NCBI GenBank assembly: GCA_026936335.1
Contig: JAPMXV010000039.1
Span: forward strand, 1-64,000
Reading direction: 5' to 3'
Length of the DNA: 64,000 bases
From: Mantamonas sphyraenae STR306
Taxonomy: Eukaryota > Protista > CRuMs
The first letter of the stretch is position 1. Every line of letters starts with the position of its first letter. The notes beneath the pieces are model-generated. The model was not told where the DNA came from, ran no database searches, and was given only the letters and a program-made list of their open reading frames with translations. The translations under genes and the position numbers were made by a program. This document shows, in pieces, positions 21,501-34,700 of the stretch.

Positions 21501-24500
21501 ACTCCAATCCACATCCCCTCCGCACGCCCTTGCTCCTCCACCATCGAATCCTCCTCGTGCGACGACACAGAGCCAGCTAGACTCCCGGTGCCTCGTGACG
21601 AGTCCGACACCTCGCTGATGCGAGACAAACTTCCCTGCTTCTGTTTCGTTCGAGCGCGCAGCTCGTTCAACCGACGATTTGCATTCGGCACAAGCGAATC
21701 CGCCATGGCCAGCATATGCTGTTCCTCTGCGTCGTTGTTCTTCCCGTCTCCTTGCGGAACTCCCTCTTTCTCCTCCTGCGTCATTGTCGTCAGCGCCACC
21801 TCGGCTCGAACATTCTGGCGCGACACTTGTCTCTCCAGCCACTGCAGCATCGCCTTGTACACGCTTCCTCGCGCGTTGTACACCAGACCATGTGTAATGA
21901 CCTCCAATCCCACGTCCACAAGCACCCACACGAAAAACAGCGCCTCGCATGTTACGTAGTACTCGTTTGTGCCGTCCCAACCCACCTGCGCGGGACGAAA
22001 CACGCTCTCATGCACCGTGTACACCGCAATGAGCAACATTTGCCCCCAAAAGTACACCACATTGTACACCACCGACGCACACCACATGCGCACGTTGCTG
22101 TCCAGCCCGAACACTCCCAACGAGTTGTTGGTCACTGTGCGGATCAGCACGTGCTCTCCCCACCACTCCTTTACGCTCCCCACCATGTCGCGCCATTGTT
22201 CCACCAGCTTGTTAACCCACATCGGTCCGTCCAGGTGGATGTTGTACTCGTCCGGATTCTCCACATCGGCGCCCGCCATCAGATTCAACGCCATCTCGCT
22301 CGTCTGCCGGTCACTTTCAATGATCTCCCTCACCTCTTGTGATTGTTCGGTGGACATTTCCCCGCTCAGCACAACCTGGCGCAATCGTGCCAGACGCTTC
22401 TGCAGATACTCCTTCTTCTGCAGCACGTTCTTTTCGTAGTCCGATTCGTCCAGGTCCCCCAGCACCGCGGCCACAATCATGTTCAAAATCACATACTTCA
22501 TGAACGTCATGAACGCTGTGATGAACACACCCATCGTGAACGCCCGACTTGTCCGCAAGCCGTCAAACAGCAGCGTTTGCCAGTCATCCCCCGCCATCAA
22601 CACAAACAGCGTCAACAGCGTGTCTGGAAACGTGTCATAGTTCAACCTCTGTGTGTTTTCCACCCCATCCAGCAAGCCGCGGAAGGTCAGGTTGGCAAAC
22701 AGCGCCGACGTGGCCAGAATCATAAAGATGAGCCAGAACAGATCGCGGAAACTGCGCAGCATCTTCACCAATTGGCCAAGGAACACACGAGTTGGCTCGT
22801 ACACAAACAGTACGCGCACCACGCGTCCAATCGACACGATGTTCAGCACCTCTGCGACCTGTTGGATCGCTGCCGACTCGCCGTCCAAAAGAAACAGCAC
22901 CAGATTCGGAATGCCCAACATGACCAACACAAAGTCCACACGATGTCGAGGCAGCCTGAAGTATGATGTTGCGCCCAGGCCATAGATCATCAACACCACC
23001 TCGCCCAGAAAAACAAGTGTGAACACTTGATCCAGAACCACAAGGACCTCTCGCGTCTCACTGCTCATCCCCTTGCGACGCAGCCCAAAGATAAATGCGT
23101 TGCCGATGATCAACACCGTCACAATCAGCTTCCACGTGGCCGAGTTGACCACACTCCTCACGCGCATCCTCGCCGGGCTCAGTTCTTCCTCCTCCTCCTC
23201 CTCTTCCACCAGCATGTCCACAAGGCTGATAATCCCTGCCTTTTGCTTCTTCTCAGCCGCCAATACCCGCTGCCTTGCTTCTTTACGCCGCCGCCTCTCC
23301 ATGGCCGCGGCCCCGGCCGCCGAAGAAGACCCGATCGAAACACTCGTGTCCAACTCCACGTCGTGTCCTTCCCTTTCGTTGAGCGCTTGGATGCGCACCT
23401 CGTTCTCCATCAGCTTCTTGACACCATTCACGATTCCGTGCAACGACGACCTGCGCTTCTGTTTCTTCGGTGTATCGGTTGAAGCGCCTGCGAGATGCAT
23501 GTCCTCGTTCATCATCTTGTCCGCGGGCGAATCGGTCCCTTTGAGGTTGTTGTGTGCCTGTGTACGCATGCGCGTGCGATTGATGGCCACCTGCTCGAGC
23601 AGGTGTTGGCTCGTGCCTGCGCCTGAGGAGCTGGTGGACAGAGACATGCTTAGCGTGCCATGGTCCGCGACCAGGGATCCTCCGCTGCCAACCCAGGTGT
23701 CCGACGACATGAAAGAGCCTCTGTGAAGGCGCCGCAGCATATTGCTGTGTTTCAGTGCCTCTCTGAGCGTGCGCTCCAGATCATCCCGCGCACGCGCTGC
23801 CTCACGCATTTCTCCCAAACCCAGTCCAAAGTTGTTGCCCAGCAACAACGAGCGAGCACGTGCCCACAGTTGCCTTCCGCTCCTTTCTGTGCCGCTCGAC
23901 ACAAACGGATCCAAGCGCGACCGTGCTTCGCTGTAGTTCTCAGCCAGGCCTGCAATCACCAGACTGAGTGCCAGGAAGCTGATGATGATGATTAACGCCA
24001 CAAAAAAGATGAAGGAGAAATTAAACTCGCTCTCTCGCAACGGGTGCATCAAGCCAAGCCAGCCCTCTTGGGTCACACCTTGGAACACGGCCATCAGAGC
24101 GGTGCCCACGTGATCGAACGAGTTGAACCCATAGTTTGGGTTCTCGCCCTGGACACACACCTGACCCGTGTTGCACTGGTGTCCAAAGTTCTTTCCCCCC
24201 GAACAATACGCGGTTGGAATGACGGGCAGGCCGGTCGCCTCCCACACACATGTGCGCCTCAGCGAGCCTGTGAAAGCATACAAGCCGTAGCTTGCAAACA
24301 TGACCATGAGAAAGAGAAGCAAAAGACCTGTGCGCAAGAGACTGCGCGATGCGTTGACCAAGGCATGCGACATGTTCTGAAGTGTAGCAACGAGCTTGTT
24401 CGCCCGTTGCCACGAATCCGGGAAAGGCCTGCGCATGCGCAGGATGCGAAACGGTCGCAAAGCACTCAATGGGAGCATCAGGACACGAAACACCAGGAGG

Positions 24501-25691
24501 TAGTCGCACGCAATCAGAATGAGACGCCAGGTAAACCATGGCTGCAGGATCACCTGCACTTTGTACACAATAATGAAGAGCAGGGCGTCGAGAGTAAATA
24601 CAATAGCCCAGACCAACAACAACGCCTCCTGCCACTTCATGCCACCTGTGTAATAGCTGGGGGGATCCAGCGCGAAGAAGGAAAGGGAGAGGATGTGCAA
24701 CAACATCCACCACACGACGCTGCGATTGTACAGGTTGCGTCCACTGCGACACAAAGGGTAAGAGGTGGTCAAGCGCCCGTTGTAGTGTGATTGTGAGCAT
24801 GTGCACATTCCACAGCGCAACACATGGGGACATGGGCAGGACGAAAAATGCGGGCAGTGGCGAGACACGCGAGTGCCTGCCACGCTGTTGCAAAGGCCGG
24901 ACGGCAAGGCGGTGCACAAATTCGCAATCCAAGGAAAGGCAAGCATACCGTGGGTCAAGCCATTGGCTAAGTTTCCAGCGCAGGGAACCGTCAGGGAGGG
25001 GCAGGCGCTGGCCGTCGTATTCAAGGGGCTCGGGCTTCTCCTCCTCGGCCACGTCGCTGTTGACCAGCTGTTCCATCACCGACACAGAATGAGACACGTT
25101 GGCAATGCGTTTGGCCGCTTTGCGGATATTTGCTCGGAATTCGGAGGGCGTCATGCGTCCCGCGTGCTGCTGGCCTTCCGATGTTGACGCGGCTTCTGCC
25201 AAAGGCACAGGCCGAGTGTGCGCCTCGACCATCCGTGCCGCCTTGTCCTTGCGCTTGACTCTCTCCGAAGCTTCGGCTCCTGGCTTCCTCAACGGGGTCA
25301 GAGTGGGCACCTCTGGCATGTGTGAAGGACTGTGGCCTGCATTATGGTCGCTGCCGCCGCCGCTGCTGCTGCTGCTGCTGCTAGCCGGTGACCCGATCTC
25401 GGCCGTTGCCGCGCGTGCTTCGTCCTGGCGACCGCTGTTCTCCGGCACGTCCGGGTGCTGTGCTTGAGCAGCCACCTGCGGTAAGTCCAGAGAGGCCCTG
25501 GGGCCGCTGTCTGCATCTGCATGCGAGCGCTGCGGTGAGAGCACAGGTAAACTGCCGCGGGAAGTTGGCAACGGCAAGGCGGGCAACCGCTTGTCGCCTT
25601 GTGCGTTGTTCTCCTTTGGCCCTTGCCCCGTTCCTGACTGCACTTTGGGCAGCTCCTTAATCGGAGGCAATTTGCGCGAGTCTGAGCTCAT
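18545..25691 (-). CDS. Four-domain voltage-gated-like cation channel (NALCN/Cch1-like, ~2,313 aa) with putative C-terminal ATP-cone domain; intron 24744-24948
   Basis: Four 6-TM repeats with pore loops FQGVTQEGW, FVLMAGDDW, FELASTDNM and FGTLTGENW; GENPNYGFNSFD in DI; S6 motifs such as IFLNLLVAVVLQRF. The intron restores the frame between ORFs 24021-25691 and 18545-25024. Confidence 0.92.
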
Positions 25692-25744
25692 TCAGATTCA
25701 GCAGCGCAAAGGGGGCCAAAGAGAAGAGTTTTTGGTTTGGAGCC

Positions 25745-28700
25745 ATGTCGCGGCCACTGCGCTTGAGTCAACTGCGCAGCACGCCAGGCAGTGCCCAGAG
25801 GAAGAACCGATCACCAATGCGCTCTGGATCTGCTTCGGACGCAGAGACAGAGGAGCTACTTGTTCGTATCCACCGGGAAAACACAGCGCGCAAGGCGCTC
25901 TTGTCGAAGCGGCGACGACAGCGCACCTACGAGTCGGACAACACCAACCTGTCCCACAGCATGGGTTCCGACAGCCACTATGGCCGTGTGGGAACGTCCA
26001 GCCGCTCCTCCCTGCGCATGGGTGCGTACGGGAGCAGCAGCGGACGCGTGACGGCGCCGCAGCTGCGGTCGACCCCATCGCGCTCCGACAGCCGTAGGGC
26101 GTGGGAAAGCAATGCCGCTCACGGTACACCCTCGCATGGCGTGGCCAGCAGCAGCAGCAGTCGTTCAGAAGAGAGTTTGGATGTGAGCAATGACGAGAAC
26201 GATCGCAGCAGGCACGACGACGACTTGCACGAAGCAGGTGACTTGGAAGACGCGCCCAGCTTCAACGTGTCTGCGCAACGCAGCACCCTGGAAATGTAGG
26301 TTTGCACGGATACATTGCACACACGCCTCCATACAGCATGGAACATGTGCTCGTACACTCCTCCGCCGCCCGGGTGGGGACACCGCTACGACCAGCTCGG
26401 GTTGCGGAGGAGCGCGGGAAATTTGTGTGTGCCAGGCTGCCAACGGATTTCTGACATTGCACCTCCTCGTCCATTTCACCTGGCCCCCCTTCACAGAGAC
26501 ACACTGCGCGAGCAAACAGAATTGCAGGCCAGTGTCAACATGCTTACCAAAGAGCTGGAGAAGCAAGAGAGAAGCATGGTGCTTGTGCGAGAGGAGCACG
26601 AGGCGGAGCTGGAGAAGAAAGGAGCGCGGCTGCAGGCGGCGCAGGAGAAAGCAGACATTGCACAGGAACGGCTGGCCAGTGCACGCACAGATCTCGATGC
26701 CAGTCAGCAACAAGCACGCAAGTGGGAGCAGACCGCACAGGAGCTGCAGAAGCAACTGGACAATGCAAGCCTGGAGAGCGAAAATCGCACGCGCGAATGG
26801 CAACGCGAACGAGCATCGCTGTCTGCAGAACATGTGCGCCTGGAAACCGAGGTGGCCTCGTTGCAACGACGTCTGGCCAACGCACAGACCGAGCGCCAAG
26901 AGAGCAAGCAGGCGTGCAACATTGTGTTTGAGCGTCTGCACCAAACACGCCAAACCCTCGCAGACAAAGCGGCCCATGTGGATGTGTCTGTGCTCACCGA
27001 CCGTCGCCTTGTGTCTGCCACGCAGGCCAAGGACTACATTGACAACATGATGCATGCCGTGGTTGCTGCCAACCACAGGCTGCACACAGACGCCCAGGAG
27101 GCTGCGCTGGAGCTGGAGCAGCAACAGCGTGCACACGCACAACTGCAGGAACACCATGCCCAGCTCAAGGAGCAACTGAACAAAGCATACACCATGGTCG
27201 ACGGCCTGCAGAAACGCATGCAACAGATGGAAACGCAGAACAGCGCAAGCACAGTGGCCTTGACAAGCACCCAGGAGGTGGTCGAGGCCAAGCTGGCCAA
27301 GTGCCAGAGCGAGCTGCTGCAAAGAGAGCAGGAAGTTGACGAGCTCACGCAAGCCAATGCCATCACCACAAAGAAGAACATTCACCTCATGCGCCTGATT
27401 GAAGAGACGCAGCTCAAGTACAACACAGAGGTGAAGCGCCATCGCGTCACAGCAGACTCACTACAAGCCACACGCGAAGAGCTCTCTGAAACAGAATCTC
27501 GCTTCAAACACACCCTCGACGGTGCAGAGACCTCACTCAGTCAGCGTGAGAGCATGCTGGACAAACTGCAGAAGGAACTGGGACAGTGCCACGCTCGCCA
27601 AGAACGCTTGCGCGAAACCAACAAGAGTCTGGCCGAGCAAATTGAGCAGCTCAAGGGAGAAGCTCGCGAGACGGAGGCTCACCACAACGTGGCACATGCC
27701 GAATGGCAACGCAAGTTGCACGATGCCAAGGAGACTGCTAGCCGTCTCAGCATCAAGAATGCGCGCATTGAAAGCGAGTATGCATCATGCAAGGAGGCGC
27801 TGCACAAAGCCAATGCACAGGTCACCACTCTGCAGGAGAATGCAGAAACATTGCGTGTGCAAATGCGCTCCGAACGCAACCGCAGCAGCACTGGCGAACG
27901 GATGCGCAAGGCCGAGGAGAGCAAGCGAGAACGAGAGCTGGAATCCCTTCAAAAAGCCCTCGCCAAGGCCCAAGCAGAAGCAAAGGAGGCTTCACAAGCG
28001 GTGGCTGAGTACAAAGAAGAAAACATGGATCTGCGTGTGCGCATCAGCTCGCTGAGCAAGAGCGCATCCAGCGAAGAGTCGTCGCAGCGGCAACGGACAG
28101 GAGAGTTGAAAGCCCTGCACGAACGCCTGCAGCAGGAAGCAACCAAGCGTCAGACTCTGGAGTCCACCCTCAAGACGACCTCGGGGCAGCTCAACGCAAC
28201 CGAGCGACAGGTATTGGAGCTCAAGGCACAGGTGCGCAAGGAGCGCTCCAATGCCGATGCAAACGCAGCCAACCTACACGTGAGCAACGAACAAGTGGAA
28301 AGCCTGCGACGAGAACTGGAAAAAGTACGCCAGCACATGGCAGACACGCGACGGGAGTGCTCAGCAAAGGTGAACGAGGCACGCGAGACACAACTGCGCG
28401 TGGAAGAGGCAAAATCGCAATCCGAATTGGTGGCAGAAAAGGCTCAGCAGCGAGCCATCCGAGCCAACGAACGGATTGGTACCTTGGAAGCACAAATCAA
28501 AGAATTGCAGGAGCAGGTTGAAGACCAGCGCGCAGAGAACAAAGTGCAGGAACAGGAAAAGATGAGCTTAGTGCAGAAGCACAACCAACGTATGAGCCAG
28601 GTCCGTGCAAGCAATCAGGAGCTTGAAGAAACAGTGGAGCGACTGCAATCGCAGCTGGCGAGCATGCGCGACAAGGAGAACGAGATATTGGTGGCACTCC

Positions 28701-31700
28701 AGGAGGCACAGGAGAGCAACCACAGGAACGGCGAGTCGTTCGAAGGCGTGGTGCAAGCGATGCGGGAGATGAAGGCGCAGGTGGAAGAAGACCACAGTGA
28801 GGCCAGCCAACGAGAGCAGTCGCTGATGGAAGCTCTGGACGTGCAAGAAGAACAGATGCGTTCGTTGCAGGAAATGCAAATGCGACTGGAGAACAGTCTG
28901 AAGCAAGAACGGGCCAAAACCAAAGCGAAAGCAGATCGTGTGGCCGAGCTGGTAAAGGAAGTGGAGGCACACCAAAAGGCGCTTGCGACGGCCCAGCAAA
29001 AGGCTGTGGCCAAGGAAACCAAGTTGGGCGCGAAGCTCAAGAGCATGGAGGACAAAGAAGAGGAGCTGGTGCTGCGCGTGCAAGAGTGGCAGGCAAAGTG
29101 CAACCGGGCCACAGCCAAGGTGGAGGCCCTTCAGCAACAAGTGGAGCGCATGAGCACGGTGAAGGAACGCGAGCAGAAGAAGGACGAGAGCTCCAGCGAT
29201 CAAGTGCGTCATCTACAGAGCACCAACCGGCAGCTGCAAAGCGATTTGGAGTCGTTGCGGCTGAATATGCACAGCCAGCAGCACGACAAGGAAGAAGTGG
29301 AGCGTCAGGCAGAAAGTCTGCAATCGCAGCTGGACAGCCTGAAACGAAGCAGTGGTGCTCGGCTGAGCGAGTATGCAAACGAGTTGACTGCACTGGGAAA
29401 GGCCAAAAGCGAGCTGAGCATGCAGGTCAAGTCGCTTGAAGCGTCCCTGAAAGAGCAGAGCGAGCGAGCTGAACAGCAGTCATCCAACGCTGCACGCAGC
29501 CGGGAAGAACTGAAAAACAAGAGCCGAGGGTGGGACGCGGAGCGAGAGGGGCTGGTGGCACAGTTGCGCGAAGTGGAAGCGAAACTGGAAATGGCATTAA
29601 GCGACGCAACGCAGGAACGCTCTCAGCGCGAGCTGATTGAAAAGGAGCAAAGTGCACGACTGAGCGAATTACGCGGAGAAGCAGACGAAGCGCACAGGCA
29701 GCGGGACGAGGCCTTGAAGCTGGTGCAACAGTTGCGACAGGAGGTGAAGCAAGAGAAGGCGGAAAAGAAAACGCTGCAAGCGGAGATGGAACGCAAAGTG
29801 AAGGAGCTGGAGAGTGTACAGATTGAGGTTGAGCGCGTGGAAAGGGAATTGGGACGGGCAACCGAGCAAGCAGCTGATGACAAGGCCAAGCAGTCCCAAT
29901 CTGCGCAGAGCTTGCACAAAGAACTGGCCAAGACGCGTGCGGAGTTGCAGGAGCTTCGATCATGGCCTGCCAAGTACGAAGCCAAGGAAGCAGCGCTGGT
30001 GAGGGAGCAGGAAAAGGTGGCCACTCTGACGAGCAGGCTGGAATCGAACCAAGCAGAGGCACTGCAGTTGCAACAGAGCGGCATTGAGCTGCAAGCACAG
30101 GTGAGGCAGCTGGAGAAACAGCTAAACACCCTGCGAGAGAGCAAGCACACAGTCGAACAGCAGCTAGACGTTGCACAAGAAGAGGCAACCAACGTGACAC
30201 GCGAGCTGGAGCGGCACAAGGAACAGCTGGAGGCAGTCACAGGTGAGCTGTCGGAAACACAGCACAAGCTCGAGTCGCATCGAGAATTGCATGAGCACGA
30301 GCAAGAGACATGGGCAAAGGAGGATCAGCAACTGAAGCAGAGCCTTGCCGGAAGCCAAGAGGAGCTGGCGCAAGTGAAGAAGAAGCTGGCGCAAGTACAG
30401 AGCAAGCTTGAGGCGACCGAAGGCGAATCGACGAAACTGCAGCGTGAGCATCAGAGCAGGACAAGCAACGACAAGGCAGCGCTGGCGCAGGCACGCAAAC
30501 AAGCGGAGCAGGCCAGAGAGGAACTTCAAAGCAAGGAAAAGGCATGGAAGGAGCAGGAACAAGCTCTGACGGCCCAGTTGCAACAGTGTACAGAGCGCAT
30601 CGACGTTCTGGAGACGCAAGGCGGCTCAGAACGCGAAGCAGCGCGAGACCGTGAGCGTTTGCTTGAGGCAGACGCTCAGGCAGCGACTGCAAGGGCAGAA
30701 GCATCGCAAAAGGAAGTAATTGAACTGCGCGAGAGTTTGCGTACAAGCAAACAACAGATTGGAGACCTGGAGGCCAAAGTGAAGCAAGGAGAAAAGATGA
30801 CGGCCAAGTTCCAGCAACGAGCGGACGCCCTTCTGAACGAGCGCAAAGAATGGGAAAGCAAGTTTGAAGAGGAGCACAAAGAACACCGAGGAGCCAAGGC
30901 AGCCCTGAACGCAAAGCTCAAGCTGCAGTCTCGATTGGAGTCCATCCGAGCAGCACAGGACGAGCAGCTGCGTCAAAGGATGGCTTTGGCTGACCAGCTG
31001 GCAAATGAGCTGTCTGAGCGCACACAAGAAGTGGCTTTGTTACGGGAAGAAGCAAACGCACGGGCTGCAGAGCTGGAGGAGAGCCGAGCCAAGAACATGG
31101 ACTTGGCCAAAGAGCTGGATGCTGCACACACGCACGCATCCAGCATGGAGGCAGAGCTTGAAGAGACACGCAAGGTGCTCCAGGAGACGCAAGATCGCCT
31201 GGGCAAGGAGACGGCAATGGTACAGAAGCTGGAGCACGAGCTTGCGGAACAGCAGCGAGCACAGGAGCAGCAGGTAGAACAACTGCGCAAGGAGACCAAG
31301 CGAGTGAAGGAATTGGAGGCGCTGATGGAGAAAACGGAGGGGCTGTTGAGCGAGGTCCAACGTGAGCTGAAGGAGACACGGGACGAACTGCAGCGGGAGA
31401 AGGAAGTGGGAGCTGGTGCACAAGTGAAACACCTGCAGGAGATGAACGAGCTCAAGACTGAGCACAAGGTGCAAGGAGTGAGTCTGGAGACATGCCGTGA
31501 GAAGTTGAACGAGATGTCGTCGGAGTTGAAGAGCGTGCAACAGGCACGAGCGAGTGAGACAAGTTCCCTGAAGCACGAGCTGGAACGGGCGGAGAAGGAA
31601 GCTTTGGAACGGGAACGAGACATTTCACGGCTGGAGTCGCAGGTGAGTGAGAAACAGCGAGCGTTGGAGGACAGCGCGCGTGACGCACGCAAGATGCAGG

Positions 31701-34700
31701 ACGAGCACACGGGTGCCATGCAGCAAAACAAAGAGGCGCTGCACGAGGTGCGAAGCCGACTGGAACAGGCTACGATTGAAATCAAGAACTTGGAGAAGCA
31801 GTTGGAGCAGACGACGGGTGCGTGGAACGAGAGCAAGGCGGAGGTGAAACAACTGCGCAGCGAGATGAAACAAATCGGTGTGCAGCTGAGCGAAAAGAGC
31901 GAGGACTTGCGCGAGCAACGAACGATCAATACGAGCCTGTCGAGTCAACTGAATGAGGCCCTACGCAAGTTGGACAGCCAGAGTCAGAGTTCAAGTGCGA
32001 CGCAGTCTCAGCTGAGCGAGAATGTGCAGCAGGCATCGCTGCAGGTTGCACAGATGACAGCAGAACGTGATGCATTGCGAGAGTCGGTGGGTGAGCTGCG
32101 CGCACAGCTCGCGCTGGCTCAACGCGAAAAGGAGGCAGTGGAGCACAAGCGAGAACAACTACAGACGCAGGCGCAAAGTGTGCAGAGCGCATTTGCCGAG
32201 CACAAAGAAAGCAGCGCCATGCGAGTGGAGCAGTTGAACCAGAAGCTGGAGCGAGCGCTTGCTGAAAAGCAGGCGCAAGTAAGCGAGACCGAAGCCTTGC
32301 AGCGACGATTGGATGCAAGTGTGGCTGCACATGGCGAACAAAGTACCACCGCAACGCAGTTGAAGGCAGAGATGGTGCGCTGGCAAGAGAAGCACGCGGA
32401 AGCAGTGCAAGCAGCAGCCGAAGCAAAATCGGCTCACGAGGAGCAGATCAAGCAGCTGCAGCGGGAGGCGACCGTTCGGCGGACGGAAGCAGAGCAACTG
32501 GCTGAGCGTGAGCGTGTAGAGCGCACACGGATGGAGGCCCAGGCCGAGGAGCTGCGATTGGCACTGGAGCGGCAGGCAGACGAGGGACGCGGAATCGAGA
32601 ACATGCTGAGGCAGGTGCAAGAGCGAAACCGACAGTTGGAGGTGCAAGAGCGAGAGTCAGCTATTCTGCGACAGATGATGGAGGGCCAGGCGATGGAGAA
32701 GGAAAAGGCGCTGGATGCACTGCACCGAGAACTGGAGGGCAAAGACAACGAGCTGGTGAGGCAGCGTGAGAAACTGGAACAGCGAGTGCAGGCTGAGGTG
32801 GAACAACGCACGCGTGCCCAGAACGATGCAGCAGGGGTGGAGCACATGCGTGCTCAGCTGGAACGAGAGTTGCAGACGATGCAACAAGAGCTGGTGCGCA
32901 CGCAGCAAAAGCTGGAACGTCAGGCGGAGCAGGGAGCACGCGCAGAGAAGGACAACACTGTGTTGGATGCTCGTGTGCAGCAGCTGTTGAAGGAAGTGGA
33001 AACGGCAAGCAAGGAAGCGCGAGAGCGCGAAGCACAGGTGCGAGAGTTGCAAGAGGCACAATCTGTGGCGTCGATCAAATTTGAGAACGAAAGGCGTGAG
33101 CTACGTTCGCAGTTGAGCATGCGCCAGCAGCAGGTGGCACAACAGCGCGAGGCTCTGCGAAACCTGGCCGAGGCGCGAAACGAAAGCTTTCACGCAGCCT
33201 CGGCACATGAAGAGGCTTTGGAGGAGACGAGGCGTGAGTTGAGTATGGAAAAGGAGCGACGCAGCGGCCTGGAGGCCGGGCTGAAGGAGGCCTCGACAAT
33301 GCAAAGCGAGGAAAGCAAACGGGTGGATGCACAGCTGCGGCAGCTGGAGCGAGAGAGAGACGAACTGGCTCACGTGGCCAAGTCGCTGAACGAAGAAAAA
33401 GGTCGCCTCGAGCACGCGCTGGCAGAAGCACAGACAGAGGTGAAGGAACTGCGGAGCAAGGTGGAGCAGCGCGTTGAAGAACTCAACGAAGCAAAGCGCG
33501 TTGCGAGTGAACAGTCGAGCGCACGTGCGTCTATCGAACAGCAGTGGAAGCATGAACGAGACCTGTGGCAGCAGGAGCGAAGCAATATGGTGGAGCGCAT
33601 GGAGAAGGAGAGTGCAAGGACGTTGGTGATGAACCAGACGTCCAAGAAGCTTCAGGAGGCAAACGCCCGGCTGCAAAACTCGCTGGATGCTCGAGTGCGC
33701 GATTTTGAGGCGTTGCTGGAAGCTCATAGTGCGCTTCAGCGATCTGTGATCACCGTGAAGGAGGCAAGCAAGTCATTGCGCGACAAGCTGTCCGAGAGCG
33801 AGCAGATCCGCATGCAGCAAGAACAGCACATGCAGGAGATGGCACGGTCCATCGATGAGCTGGAGCATACGACGCATGTGCAGCGCAAAGAGCTGGAGAT
33901 TTCTGGGATGGCTGCCAACGAGCTGGAGCAGCGCATGTCGCAGGCTGTGAGCGAGCTGATGAGCCGCAACCAAGACATGACCGAGCAATACGAAAAGCTG
34001 TCGGGTCGTTTTGAGGTGCTATCGATGGTGAACAGCAAGGTGGAGGAGTCGCTGGGAGAAGTGACAACAGAGATGAGCAACGAGCGCCGCGTGCGTGACG
34101 AAGACAACACCAAGCTGGCGCAGGAGGTTGAAGCACTGCTGAGCCAGAAGTTTGCGGTGGAACAGGCGCTGGAGGAGGAAAAGCACAGGGCAGAGGAGCA
34201 AACGCGGATGATCCAGTCGCTGAAGCACGAGGCGTCGCAATTGGGCATGTTTGTGGAGAACGCTAAAGCACAGAGCGAAAAGACACGTGCGGAGCAGGAA
34301 CGGGAAATGACGCGCTTGCTGGCAGCTCACACAGAGGAGGTGGGACGTGTGACACGCGAACGCGAAGAGGCCGTGCGAAAGGCAAACGAGTTGCAGGAGA
34401 GGTTGCGTGAGGCTCGTGCGCACAACGAACTGGCACAAGGGGAGCGCATTCAGTTGGAACAGACGGTGGGTGCGCTGACCGAGCGACACAAGGCTCTGAC
34501 ACGTAGCCAGCGTCGTGTGACGCGTCAACACAGCGAGCTGGTGGTCCAGCACGAGGCACTTGTGGAGCAACAGCGACAGATGGAGACCAACCTGGAGAGT
34601 AGTCAGCACAGTGTGCAGCTGCTGACCAGCCAACTGGAAGCATCCAACCGTCAGAACATGGAGGTGGCTGCCAAGTGTCGTGCGCTTGCACAGGAGCAAC

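Noticed and set aside
19565-21580. 671-aa plus-strand ORF and other long ORFs opposite the channel and RasGEF genes
   Set aside because: His/Gln/Arg-rich antisense frames typical of shadows.
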